Source: Sporopachydermia quercuum | Taxonomy: Eukaryota | DNA length: 64,000 bases | Assembly: GCA_001599295.1 (NCBI GenBank) | Contig: BCGN01000004.1 | Location: 1,427,676 to 1,491,675, forward strand | Direction: 5' to 3' | Part shown: positions 44,306 through 55,882 of the stretch, in pieces | Numbering within the stretch: position 1 is the stretch's first letter | Layout: each line of letters starts with the position of its first letter | Position numbers and translations under genes: made by a program | The notes under the pieces: generated by a model | What the model saw: only the letters and a program-made list of their open reading frames with translations | Database searches by the model: none | Told to the model about the DNA's origin: nothing

Positions 44306-45566
44306 CCTGATGAAATGTTGATAAAGCTGATCTTACCGAACCAATTCAAAAATTCGAAAAACTACTGTACAATTTATAAAACCCCAAATACTAATAATGT
44401 GCTGTTTACCTACCAATCCTTTGATTTCTATTCTAATTTTATCTTATCTGAACAATCTTCATCAAATTGATTCTTTTGATAACTTCTTATCGCGTTTTAA
44501 TTAATGTTTCACTTCCAATGGTAATTGATAAACAAATTCTCATATCTACACGAGAATATATCAGACCGGTTCCCATTGTTATGATTAATGGTGAGATGCC
44601 AAATGATAAGGAATTCCCTTAGAAAATCCTTTGTACGTTTTGTTTTTGAAGGCGCAAAATGGGAAAAAATTTGGTAGTAAGGAAAGACCGGGTAAACTTG
44701 AGGGTGGAAGGAGATGCAATGTTAAAATGGGGGAGGCAAGAAACATTTATTATGCATTATGGGGGAGGGCGAGAGATTGAAAGGTGGGACGATAAGAGTT
44801 AAGAAAAGGGATACAATAAAAAGAGGAGTTAAATAGTAGGTTGGGGAGTTGAAAGATATTATATGATTTGTAGTTGGAATGGATAGCAGGATTCAATGGA
44901 CTAGTTTTGGAGGGATAGAGGCGACAGGTCATTCTATATAGCTATGGTCTGGTGGCTCTCTGCTAGGGGCTGGCAGAGTAAATGATTCCATATGATCGAT
45001 CAAAATATGGAGAACAAACACGGGTTTGCTTCTATTCCATTAGATCTTTGATTGATTATTCAATGTTTGACAACTGATATAATGTCTATTTTAGTTGTCA
45101 GGCCAATTTGAAGGAACTACTGTTCTACTGAAAGTTCTAACTGCCACTCTATTAGCTTTCTCATCGTTTCCGAAATATTTTCTTATCTTGTCAATAGTGT
45201 GTGTCACTGGAAGATCAACTGAGCATTTCAACTACTATCAAAACATGTAACTATGTACATTTTATATTGAGAATCGTTTTTACAATTGAGACGACTCAAT
45301 AGATGAAAAACTGTCAAATCGAAAGCTATAAAAAGCGACGAATAAACGTAACATTGGCTTCACCACCCGGTCTACCACTGCAGCATACTACTATAGTTTC
45401 CGTAATTCGCAATTTTCCCGAATTATTAATCTGNTCAATTGCTATTTCAATCTTCATTCTAGGACCTAAAGTACCTCATCACTTATCTAGTATTTTATCC
45501 TGGACTTGAACTCAAGTACTTATTCATTATTCCGATCAGTTTTTCTTTCAATAAAATCCGTTAACA

Positions 45567-46409
45567 ATGACAAAAATAGCCCTAGCTCAGATCACTTCTA
45601 CAACCACTTTAGCGAGAAACCTGGCTAAAGTGAAAGAGTTTATTAGTAAAGCATCTGCTGAGAAAGCATCCGTGATATTTTTCCCTGAAGCCACAGATTA
45701 CATAGCACCAAACGCTAAAGAGTCTCTAACTCTAAGCAAGAATGTTCAAAAAGAGTTTTTATCCCCACTACTTGATTACATAAACACCATCAACAATATA
45801 GCTGTTGTGATTGGTATTCACTATCCTACGCCGGAGAGCAATAGAGTGTTCAATCGTTTATTATACATATCACCTAATGGACAGATAACCGATCAATATG
45901 ACAAAATTCATCTTTTTGATGTTGATATACCCTCTGGTCCTGTTTTGAAAGAAAGCAATAGCGTACAAGCCGGAAATGTTATCCCACGGCTAGTCAAAAC
46001 TCCCGCCGGTGCGTTAGGGCTTTCTACTTGTTATGATATACGATTTCCCGAGTTAGCGTTATCTTTAAGACATAAAGGTGCAGAACTATTAACGTTTCCT
46101 TCTGCATTTACAGTCAAAACAGGTAAAGCACATTGGGAACTATTGGGTAGGGCAAGAGCAATTGATACTCAGTCGTATGTCATTATGCCTGCCCAAACAG
46201 GCGTTAATGCTAGAGGCGAGGATGGATCAATAAAACGCGAAAGTTATGGTCATTCGATAGTTGTAGATCCTTGGGGAGGCGTTCTTCTTGATATGCAAAC
46301 AGAAGAAGGGGTAGATTTTGTTGATATAGATTTGAATCTTCTACAGAAAATCCGTCGGGATATGCCGTTGGAAAGTCATAGAAGGCGAGACATTACATAT
46401 GAGCTATGA
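45567..46409 (+). CDS. NIT2: Nitrilase-superfamily amidase (deaminated glutathione amidase type)
   Basis: Catalytic triad motifs FFPEA, YDKIHLFDVD and CYDIRFPE; also PSAFTVKTGKAHW, RARAIDTQ and SYGHS..VDPWG. Synteny with SPT10. Confidence 0.9.
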   Translation: MTKIALAQITSTTTLARNLAKVKEFISKASAEKASVIFFPEATDYIAPNAKESLTLSKNVQKEFLSPLLDYINTINNIAVVIGIHYPTPESNRVFNRLLYISPNGQITDQYDKIHLFDVDIPSGPVLKESNSVQAGNVIPRLVKTPAGALGLSTCYDIRFPELALSLRHKGAELLTFPSAFTVKTGKAHWELLGRARAIDTQSYVIMPAQTGVNARGEDGSIKRESYGHSIVVDPWGGVLLDMQTEEGVDFVDIDLNLLQKIRRDMPLESHRRRDITYEL

Positions 46410-47641
46410 TAAACTGTTTTATTATCAACAACTCTACATATACTGTTCAACTACATATAGAGAACCCTATAGAATAAAATATTCTCAAAGAAATTGAAAT
46501 TGAAAATCGAAGTATTCTTTCAACTCTTATCAACTATTTTTCTGACGCCTACTTCTTGTGAAGCAGTTTACTTCTTCCGTATCAAACAATCGTGAACTTA
46601 GAAAGAAACCAACAAGATGTCCGTCCTTACTCAATTGCAATAGATACATGAAATCTACTACTCAATATTTATGCTGTACGATTCTGTGTTCATCTATCAA
46701 CATAATATATTTGATCTTCACAACCTTGCTCATCAATAAATCATTCAACTGAACTAATTCTTTTACTACTCAGGACACTCACTGATACTAATCAGGCATC
46801 AACCCATTGTTCCATTTGACACTAGGACTCTCAATTTGGCCATCGGCTCATAGACAAAATAGGCATCACCCCAATTTGGCAAATCTCGGACAAAAGATTT
46901 GATTCTTTTGATTCAAAAAGAAGATAAAAACGAAAATGGGGGCGATCAAGTTGAATGTCCCTCATTTAGATAGGAACTTTTTTTATCAGTGTTTATTCTT
47001 CCGTTGAGGATGAAAGCACCAGGGGTAAATTACAAGAGTGACGGATTGATGAGTTTATAGGTACAATCTCATATGTTTGCTATTCAATTTATAAGCAGGA
47101 TGAATAGATAAATAAAATATATGAATATAAGTATAATCTCGAAAGAATGAATAGATGAGTAATAAAAAATTATTATGTATGAATTGAGTTATTAAGTTCT
47201 TCTAATCGTAGAATGTCATAATCACTAGTAAATAGTTCGCATTATTTACCCTTTTCATGAGTACCTTTATGAAATTTAATTTTCCTCCGTTCTATTTTTC
47301 TTTCTTTCTCTTTCTCTTTCCCTCTCTTTCCATTTTCACTTCTTTTTGATCTCACGAAAATGATGAGTTGATGAATAACTGAATCAGTTCTATTATTAGT
47401 AGTCCTCTTTACATGATCTGATAAATTTGTTCTTCAGTTTATATAATACTCTATCATCAAATATCAAATAAGAAGTTTTGGAGACTATACTAGTTACTGC
47501 GATTGTATGAAGAGATAGATACTAAGAGGGAATTCAATTGTTTACTCAAGTAATCGTTAAATCAGATCAATAGTCATAGTACAGTATTCAGATTGACTGC
47601 TATATTATTATTATTATTATTATTAATAAAGCTAAGGCAAG

Positions 47642-48132
47642 ATGATGTTAAAAACCGCACAATCAATTCCAGGGGTGATTTCTTTGTTGTAAGTGAAAAT
47701 GTGATTTAATAGTAGGGGGAAGGACTGGAAAATGGCGAAACAGGAGACTAGACGATAGAATATAAAGACTAACAATAACTGAATAGCCACTCAGCAAAAG
47801 TACCATTATCATCAAATCTATATCAAGCATTACGAACATCTTTCAAGAATGTCACAATAGCAAGTGATGACGACAAAGTAAACAAGTTCCAAGTCGATTT
47901 GCTAACATCAATGCCCACCTACGATCAATACAAAACTTTGGCAACTTTCAAGAACAACAACGGATTAGCTTCATCATTTCCATCAGTTACTGAGGGAGTT
48001 CTGAATCTTAGCAAAATTTCTTACGATAAGCTCCATGACTCACAATTCGTTAGACCTTTGGTCGTGGATTGGAACAATGGCAAACTTGCGTTCAATGAAG
48101 CACAATTGAAACAAATTTTGGAGGAATACTAA
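47642..48132 (+). CDS. FMP46: Fmp46/DUF1687-like thioredoxin-fold protein; exons 47642-47688 and 47787-48132
   Basis: Intron 47689-47786 (GTAAGT, GACTAAC at 47767, TAG) joins MMLKTAQSIPGVISLF in frame to HSAKVPLSS...PTYDQ...RPLVVDWNNG. ISLF, PTxDQ and VDW match recalled Fmp46 motifs. FMP46 neighbours TRK2 in S. cerevisiae. Confidence 0.78.
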
Positions 48133-48948
48133 ACAACGCTGTTTGTATTCANCTGAGGTAGTATTCTGTTAACAAGAAGGTGGGGCAGATATTATAAACT
48201 ATTTGAGATTCTAGACAAGCTGAAGCTTTGATGATTTGCAGAAAAAATCATGGGTTCAGTGTTGATTCCTGATCCAAGACAGATGATGCGTGCTATCTAC
48301 ACATGATGGAATATTTTCGTCTATAATATACATAGCTTTTTGTTTATATTTATAAAACAAAATAAAATAAGAAGTAGTGAGTGAATCATTCACCAATATC
48401 TTACCGTTCTTCTATCCGTATAGGTATTATTGAGATGAGAATAATTATTCACTTGTAAGAACATAATATGACCGTCGTTGGATAATTCCTTCACTCAGTT
48501 GATCATGATAATTAACTATCATAATAACTTCATTCCACTCTTCAGGTGACCTTTCAAAATAATATGATTACTATCTGTAACCAAAGCATCATCTCTTTGT
48601 GAGTGTTCGAATGTTCGGATTTAAGTGTTTCGCTTGTTGATATCAATTGCCTTTCGTATTCATAATCTTCTTCCACTTTAGATTACAGCATGTGATACTG
48701 CGTTAGTAAAGCTTAATTTTTTAAGTTTATCAATTGTTCCGAAATGGGTGTCCAGATATGATCGGAGATTATAGCAATATCGGAGATCTTATATTAACGG
48801 ACAGTCAGATGGGTAGGATGGTAGATAATTAGAACAGATGATAAGTAGAAAGTACATTGTGATTCGTACAACACGATGATGTAAAAAGAAACATCAAGTA
48901 ACAACTTCATTGAATAATATAACGTATACAAACACGACTTAACATGCA

Positions 48949-50277
48949 TCAGAATCCCATTCTTCTGAGGACGTAACTTTGGGCAACAACACCTATAGCT
49001 GAGCCAATACTGTCTTCAACCCAATCAGCAACCCATTTACCAGGATCAACTTCATATTCCTTATTTATAATTTGAAAATCCTTTGATTTTTGTCTTGCTT
49101 CTTCATCAAGCCAATTAGACCATTTCAGAGGGAATGCCTGCGTATGCGTAGTTATTGAAATACCGTGATCAGGGTCGCTCAACTGAACAATAAAGAAAAA
49201 CGTATCTTGTGCTTGAGACGTGATAATACGATTGTATTCTGCTGGGGTTTGTGTTCCAGAAGNAGGGGTACTTTCTGTCTGCTCTTGTTCTTCTTCAGTT
49301 ACAAGTGTTATAGGTTGTAAACTAATATAAACATCAGAGTACCTCGGTCCATTGGCATCAGGTTCAGTAGTAGATTCCTTTTCAGCAAGCCTCGACTTGA
49401 ATTGTCTGACTCCTTCCTCAATATTAGCCTTTGCAAGCTTTTCACCATTCTCAACTGAACCTCTGAATAATTGTAATACTCTCTTTGTTGGTTTGTCAGT
49501 GGTGAAATCACTAAGATTAAATGTATCAAACTGTCGCTCAACGCCTTCTTCTTCACTCGACTTTTTTGAAGTCACTAAAATCAGTTCTCCTCCCCCTTCA
49601 ACTTGTTGCATAACAGAAAAAAAGACATCATAAACCATGTCATCAATATTTTTGAATCCCATTGTGTCATAGAATACATGGATACGTAACTTTTCGCTAC
49701 TGCCAATTGGAGGAACAATATTTTCCACTAGATGACTCAAACTGTCCTTGAACAGTCCAATAGAATTCACAAGCTTTTCACGATTCTTCAAAGTGTCATC
49801 TAAAGGCTTCAAATTCTTTTCTTGAATCTCATGAAGTTTAGCTTCAGCGCTTTTCACGGCTGCGGAAGCTTGTCCCCATAGTCCATCCTTATTTTTATTC
49901 CACCATCCAGACAAACTAGAAATAGTGGCTCCTACATCAGGAATAGGAATGCTATCATTTTCCTTGAGTTGTTCCGATTTCTCATTCAATTCGATTTCTT
50001 CTTGAGCTTCTGGTTCTGCAGATGGTGAAGTGACCTTCTTGATGGGCTTTTCTGGAGCTGGAGTTCCAGATCTTGAGTTTAACTTTTGAACTGTAGGATC
50101 TGTTGCTAATGAATCAAGAAATCCTAAAATATCATCATCTTTCTTACCCTTTGGTTTCTCTTTAGATTTGTTCTTCTCATTCTTCGCACCAGCACCTTTG
50201 TTTACCTTTGTCTTAGTTTCTTCTGACTCCAGTTCGTCCAAGAACTGAAGTACGTCATCAGTTTCCTTTTTACTCAT
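48949..50277 (-). CDS. MTC1: Mtc1 (maintenance of telomere capping 1)-like protein
   Basis: DDVLQFLDEL and DILGFLDSL N-terminal motifs, SLSGWW, VMQQVEGG, TQAFPLKW, and C-terminal GVVAQSYVLRRMGF. ATG at 50277. Lies near NIT2/SPT10, as in S. cerevisiae. Confidence 0.85.
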   Translation of the reverse strand: MSKKETDDVLQFLDELESEETKTKVNKGAGAKNEKNKSKEKPKGKKDDDILGFLDSLATDPTVQKLNSRSGTPAPEKPIKKVTSPSAEPEAQEEIELNEKSEQLKENDSIPIPDVGATISSLSGWWNKNKDGLWGQASAAVKSAEAKLHEIQEKNLKPLDDTLKNREKLVNSIGLFKDSLSHLVENIVPPIGSSEKLRIHVFYDTMGFKNIDDMVYDVFFSVMQQVEGGGELILVTSKKSSEEEGVERQFDTFNLSDFTTDKPTKRVLQLFRGSVENGEKLAKANIEEGVRQFKSRLAEKESTTEPDANGPRYSDVYISLQPITLVTEEEQEQTESTPXSGTQTPAEYNRIITSQAQDTFFFIVQLSDPDHGISITTHTQAFPLKWSNWLDEEARQKSKDFQIINKEYEVDPGKWVADWVEDSIGSAIGVVAQSYVLRRMGF

Positions 50278-50473
50278 ATTTCTCGTATGTATAATTGTGA
50301 TAAGTAGTTGTTGTGATCTATTTACTAAATGCAAGTATTGTAAAACAGTAATCGTATTTTGGTGCAGTATGTAGAATTGATAAAAAGAATATGCGACCGT
50401 GTTGATTAAGTTCTATTTGATGATAATATGAAACCTCCATTTGGGGTTGGGAGTGAGGAGACCAGAGAAACAT

Positions 50474-50500
50474 ATCACGTGATTATTAATATCACGTGAC
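50474..50500. promoter_or_regulatory. Twin Cbf1-type E-boxes upstream of MTC1
   Basis: ATCACGTGAT at 50474-50483 and ATCACGTGAC at 50491-50500. Confidence 0.6.
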
Positions 50501-50746
50501 AATATATATATTTAAGTGTTCGGCTTAAGACTTGAGGCGTTAATAAACAACATAGAAGTACTACTAATTTGAACATAATAGGTATCTAGAATATAGTAAA
50601 ACTGACTCTAGTTACCTAGTGTAAGGTTGAAATAAAAACCTAACCTACGTGAATCAAGAAGCTGGTCATTTTCGACCTGCCAAAACAAACATAGAATTAC
50701 AGTTCAACATTTCATAATCATCTTCGGAATAGGCAGTAACGATTGC

Positions 50747-51833
50747 TCACCATTCGTTACACAGTTCACCGAAAGGTTTACTAGTCTCTAATTCTCTTAC
50801 TAGACCTTCAACTTTGCTTTTTAAGAATGGCCGTAGAAGGTCAGCCTTTTCCAAGGTAGTCTTTCGCTCCACCCCATCTGAAGCATGGAATCTAGATTTG
50901 CCTTTATTCTGCGTCTCTGATATTAGATAGAAAAACAGAAACTCCAGGATTCTGAGCTTGACATCCTTGGATGTTTCCCTTGATTTGAATAGATTGCACA
51001 TGACTTCTAAACCATTGAGTTGTTCAAATAATCTAATACTTTTAACATGGCGCACCATGAAACAGACCAAAGTCTGTATTGTCGTCTCTTTGATTAGGTC
51101 ATTAAATTGTTTACCGGAAAACAGATTGATCATCATCTGTTGATTGTAGGTTAGTTATTATTTCATCAGTAGGTAAGTGGTTTTTCTCGGTTTCCGTAAC
51201 CAAATCACTCAACTTACCTTGATATTTCTTCGATTGGAAAACGCACCACGGGAATGAGGATGTATCAGTAATATTCCCTGTAGAGCTTTCATCATTCTTA
51301 TTATATTATCACTGACAACTAAATGAAAGATGAAACATAATTCATTAGTATATGATTCAGTAAAATTTCACTCTAAAGTATACCATCAATCAGAACATCA
51401 CAAATTACGCACCTTGAAGTATCGGTATATCATTGTATAGTTCACATAACATATGACAATTCCAAATGGCATCTATAAATATCCAAGCTATATTCAATTC
51501 GCCATTATCTAGTAAAGTAACAAATTCCCCAAATATAGTATCATTTTCGGGAGGAACTTTCCACTTTTTTGGTATTTTCGTTTGACTCGCCTTTGATATG
51601 GTCTTCAAACTATCACTAGATCCAGTACTACCATTTTTGGCATGCATCTTAGCTTGTCTATAATTTGATGATTGTTGGCATAGATTTATAATCGTTTGAT
51701 AAACACTGTTAATCCCTCTTTGTTGAACATTTAGTCTATTAATTAGTTCATCATTATCAATTGATGATCCAAGCAAATCAACTTGGATATCATCTACTGC
51801 AGACATAAGTACTTTCTCTAATGACGACTCCAT
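50747..51833 (-). CDS. SIN-type Cdc14 (S. pombe Sid1 partner, not the phosphatase); exons 51833-51413, 51318-51218 and 51136-50747
   Basis: Intron 51412-51319 (GTGCGT, TACTAAT, TAG) and intron 51217-51137 (GTAAGT, AACTAAC, CAG) join the exons in frame. The product has ALQGILLIHPHSR..F, IQTLV, RLFEQLNGL, VKLRILEFLFFYLISE and a terminal PFG, which match recalled motifs of this family. Confidence 0.8.
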
Positions 51834-51950
51834 ATCCTCTTTTTACTTTTTATTTTTTATTTTCTACTCTCCTTTCTCTCTATCTGTTAATCAATTGTTA
51901 ATTAATATTCTCACTTCTTCTAAATCTTCCAGTACACTATTATCTATATG

Positions 51951-51959
51951 ATGAGTCAT
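51951..51959. promoter_or_regulatory. Gcn4-consensus site in the cdc14/PRS5 divergent promoter
   Basis: ATGAGTCAT, a perfect ATGASTCAT match. Confidence 0.45.
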
Positions 51960-52159
51960 GTTCATACAGCATCAGATTCTAAAGTCCCTTGAGACATGAT
52001 CAACACTGTAAACACTGTCTTGCATCTATCTCCCTTCAGAACACAGTAAACAAAGATTGATCTTATCTCATCATTGTCATCATTAAATAATAAGTTCCGT
52101 CTACCATTTCTGGAAACTATAATCCGCGGAATTCAAATATCAAATGGTTATGTCACAGT

Positions 52160-52183
52160 AATGTCATGCACGTGCATGACATT
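52160..52183. repeat. Perfect 24-bp palindrome centred on CACGTG
   Basis: AATGTCATGCAC|GTGCATGACATT. Confidence 0.95.
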
Positions 52184-52553
52184 TTCCTTTTAGATAATCA
52201 ATTATTTCCTGTCGTGGAGTTGCTCTGGGAGTTCGAGGAAAGGATCAAATTTTTTTTGTATCAGTGAACGAAGGCTCGGTGTATCAATTCTATCCACTAA
52301 TGTTCTTATTGAAAAACTGGCTGTTATCTGTGAGTGAGATTATAGAACTCTATGTATGTTTTAGTGGATAGTTTAATTTGCTGTTCCAAAGAACTGGAAA
52401 GCTATCTTGAATACTATTTTGAAGACAACGATTATTCTTCGACTAAGCAGATAACACTAAAAGTGTACTCAACGCCTAATAACAGAAACAATTAATTTTT
52501 TGCAGATTTTTGAGTTGANGAAACGAATAATTAGCGCTAACTACCTTTAAACA

Positions 52554-54035
52554 ATGAGAAACCTGGTTATTATGTCAGGGTCTTCGAACCCAACGTTAGC
52601 TGATCGGATATGCCGACATCTAACAGTTGAGCCTGCTGATGTTGCTCTTTCGAAGTTCAGTAATGGTGAAACTTCAGTTACCATGAAGGACTCAGTTCGG
52701 GAAAAAGATGTTTTTGTTATACAATCTGGATGTGGTCACGTTAATGATAATTTCATTGAAATGCTTATTATGCTTTCGGCTTGCAAAACTGCAAGCGCTC
52801 AACGTGTCACGGCCGTTCTCCCTTTATTTCCTTATTCCAGGCAACCAGATATTCCATATACCAAGAAAGGAGCACCATTAGTATCGAAACCGAAAGCTGA
52901 ATATACATTTGAGAGCGTTCCAGGATCACCAAGACCAACCTTTTCGGGAAGTAGCAGTAGTACTAGTAGTGAGAGAAACAAAGAAGCATTAGATACTGGA
53001 ATTCATAAAGCCATTCTATCTTTAAAAAATCTATCAAGTAAAGGTACTGCTGAATCATCATATCCGGCATCTAATGAATCTACCAATGGCTCATTAAACA
53101 CAAGTGAACAAAACATTCATGAGAGAAGGACACCACCACCAATACGTGTTCCAAATTCATTGAGCGTAGAAACCGCTAAAATACCAACAGAAATTCCGGA
53201 AGATGTTTTGGAACAATCTTTGCAAGATCCTACTTACGCCAACGATAGAGATGCCATTAAGTTTGGCTCTAATACAGGTTATCGTGAGTGGATTGCACAA
53301 GCTGGAACTTTAGTTGCCGATCTTTTGACATGTGCTGGAGCTGATCATATAATCACTATGGATTTACACGATCCTCAATTCCAGGGGTTCTTTGATATCC
53401 CGGTCGATAATTTATACGGCAAACCATTATTTCAAAAATACATCGTGACAACAGTTGAGAACTATCACGATGCAGTTATTGTTTCCCCAGATGCTGGTGG
53501 AGCGAAAAGAGCTACTGCTATTGCTGACGCATTAGGTATGGAATTTGCTCTTATTCATAAAGAAAGAAAAGTTAATAGGTTTAGACATTCGGATGCACCA
53601 ACCGTTACTTCAACAAGTTCTGTATCAAGCTTCAATCTAACACAACAACTATATAAACAAAGTAACAATAAAAAGATGTACACAGCTACAACAATGTTAG
53701 TTGGTGATGTTAAGGGTAAAGTGTGCTTGTTGATTGATGATTTAGTTGATACTTCATATACCATTACAAGAGCTGCCAAATTACTGAAAGATCAAGGAGC
53801 TACCAAGGTTTATGCCATAACTACACATGGCATCTTCTCTGGTGATGCTATAAGAAGAATCAAAGAAAGTTCTATTGATAAAATCATTACAACTAATTCC
53901 ACTCCTCAAGAAGAGCATCAGAGGCAGCTTGGTCCTAAACTAGAAGTTCTCGATGTGTCAAGTGTCTTTGCTGAGGCTATTAGAAGAATCCATAATGGCG
54001 AAAGTGTGAGCATGCTATTCGAGCATTTCATATGA
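52554..54035 (+). CDS. PRS5: Ribose-phosphate pyrophosphokinase, Prs5 type (two non-homologous insertions)
   Basis: FSNGET, LPLFPYSRQ, MDLHDPQFQGFF, VSPDAGG and LIDDLVDT. Two Ser/Thr-rich insertions lie at positions matching NHR5-1 and NHR5-2. 493 aa. Confidence 0.9.
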   Translation: MRNLVIMSGSSNPTLADRICRHLTVEPADVALSKFSNGETSVTMKDSVREKDVFVIQSGCGHVNDNFIEMLIMLSACKTASAQRVTAVLPLFPYSRQPDIPYTKKGAPLVSKPKAEYTFESVPGSPRPTFSGSSSSTSSERNKEALDTGIHKAILSLKNLSSKGTAESSYPASNESTNGSLNTSEQNIHERRTPPPIRVPNSLSVETAKIPTEIPEDVLEQSLQDPTYANDRDAIKFGSNTGYREWIAQAGTLVADLLTCAGADHIITMDLHDPQFQGFFDIPVDNLYGKPLFQKYIVTTVENYHDAVIVSPDAGGAKRATAIADALGMEFALIHKERKVNRFRHSDAPTVTSTSSVSSFNLTQQLYKQSNNKKMYTATTMLVGDVKGKVCLLIDDLVDTSYTITRAAKLLKDQGATKVYAITTHGIFSGDAIRRIKESSIDKIITTNSTPQEEHQRQLGPKLEVLDVSSVFAEAIRRIHNGESVSMLFEHFI

Positions 54036-54432
54036 AACTACCAACTATCTATGGCGTGGTTTATTTTTGTTTTTGTTCTTATGCTGACTTGTTACAGATT
54101 GGTATTAACCTTATGAACAGTTCTCTGTATCGTCTTCTCCAATACGTTGTCTAAAATCAGTATATGATAATATATGATAAATAGTGATAGACAATGAAAT
54201 TTATATAGAATGAATTTTTACATCTTCGTTTCGTGAATACATTGTATGTGAGTGATATATATATTAGTTAATTCTTTTTTTTTTTTGCCTGTTAATTCCT
54301 CTGCCATTGCTGTCTTCAAACATTCTTTATTAAAATCTTTTCGTCTTCTGTTCACATTATTCTTTGCTTCTTCTTTTCTCCATCATTCCGTAGTGAGGCC
54401 ACAATAACTTTTAATGTAGTTACATCAACTGA

Positions 54433-55095
54433 TTAACCAGTTCGCTCAATCAAGTGTAATCCACTTCCAGTCTCAACAACTCTACTAACTTCTCCAATCT
54501 TCAAGTTGAAGGCAGCATCTTCAAATTCCTTCTGCATAACCCCTTTACCAAACCAGCCTAGATCACCAGCTTTTCTAGCACTACTGCAATCACTTTCCGT
54601 CTTTGCCAACTCACCTAAACTAACTGCACCACTTCTAATTCGCGCCTCATGTCCCAAAATAATTGACAACGCTTCTTCTTTGGTTCTAGTGATATTTGAT
54701 TCTTTCCAACTTGAAGGACGACGAGAATCTTTATGTTTAACAAGTAAATGAGAAGCTCTAATTTCTCCATTATGTTCCGAATTGCTTCCAGCAGCTTTCA
54801 CTTGAAGCAGATTAGGATTATTCTTGATATATTCTTCTATTTTTTTATTGTCAGAACCGTGTGGAGGTTCCCATTCGGATTCGCCGGTTCCTGGATTATA
54901 AAAATAAGGAAGTGATTTTGATCTGGAGAATCGAATTTCCCAACCTGGAAGCAATCCGGTGACTGGGTCTGCAGAGGACTAATTAATGGATATTTGTTAG
55001 CAAAACGTATAATAAAGTAACCGGCCTGTAAGAAATGTCATATTTGATCAATTAAACGTTGATTCATTAACTATATCTTGAACAACACTTACCAT
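54433..55095 (-). CDS. ESS1: Parvulin peptidyl-prolyl isomerase Ess1/Pin1; exon 1 is the ATG only (55095-55093), exon 2 is 54978-54433
   Basis: WW domain (LPGW...YFYN....SEWEPP) and PPIase (HLLVKHKDSRRPSSW, SDCSS, GDLG, SGLHLI). Intron 55092-54979: ATG|GTAAGT, TGCTAAC, TAG. Confidence 0.93.
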
Positions 55096-55882
55096 GATGA
55101 GTATGTGTGATGTATGTGTGTGAGAACCAAGTGATGGGTAAAAATCAACTGTTTCGTTGCTATTCTTCTCTTGATTGGAAATCGGTTCAATAAAAAGTGG
55201 AGGGAACAAGTCTTAGATAGAATAGGAAATTAACCACAACTACTAGTACCTAAAAGCTATATTTAATTGCTCTCTTAGCACCATAAACAATGTGGCGCCT
55301 CAAGAACGAATGGATNAGATGTGCTTGATTGAGTTTCATTACAAGCTGAGATGTTGAAGGTCTGAAAGATAGAGACCAGGGGCAGTTCTGGAGATAAATG
55401 TAATTTGTCATGCGATGAGATATAATATTTGTCATGTAAGGACATTGTAGTATGAAATGGTTCTAGTGAAAAGTATACCAAGAGTATTCGAAATAAACCG
55501 CTTATAATCTAAGATACAATGGAAAGAGTATTAAGTTAAAAAAAAAAATAAAGCTGAGATGTCAAAAAAAGGTATAACACTTAATTTTGTCTTTTCTTGC
55601 TCTTGGTCAGTACCTTCAGTATCCCATCTCATGTTTTTGTCCTGACATTATATGATCTGTCATTAGTTAGGAAACATGTCATATATGCGGACATTCAATT
55701 TCGCGTCTATCACGTGACTAATATAAAATTCTCCAGCTTTTCAAGCTGCACACGTACTTTTATCATCTCATCTCTATTTAAGAATTAATCTAGCATTTTA
55801 TCACTACCAATATAGTTTATGAAAGATATAATCATTGAATTTCCCTCAAATCTCAAAATAATATAAAAAGAAAACCTGAAAT

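Noticed and set aside
47360..47421. Box C/D snoRNA-like motifs (ATGATGA...CTGA)
   Set aside because: I could not recognise an rRNA-complementary guide or a convincing terminal stem; a snoscan run would be needed.
50474..50530. Point centromere (CDEI-like TCACGTG followed by AT-rich DNA and a CGG)
   Set aside because: The AT-rich spacer is only about 20 bp, there is no proper CDEIII, and the lineage appears to lie outside Saccharomycetaceae. Promoter Cbf1 sites explain it better.
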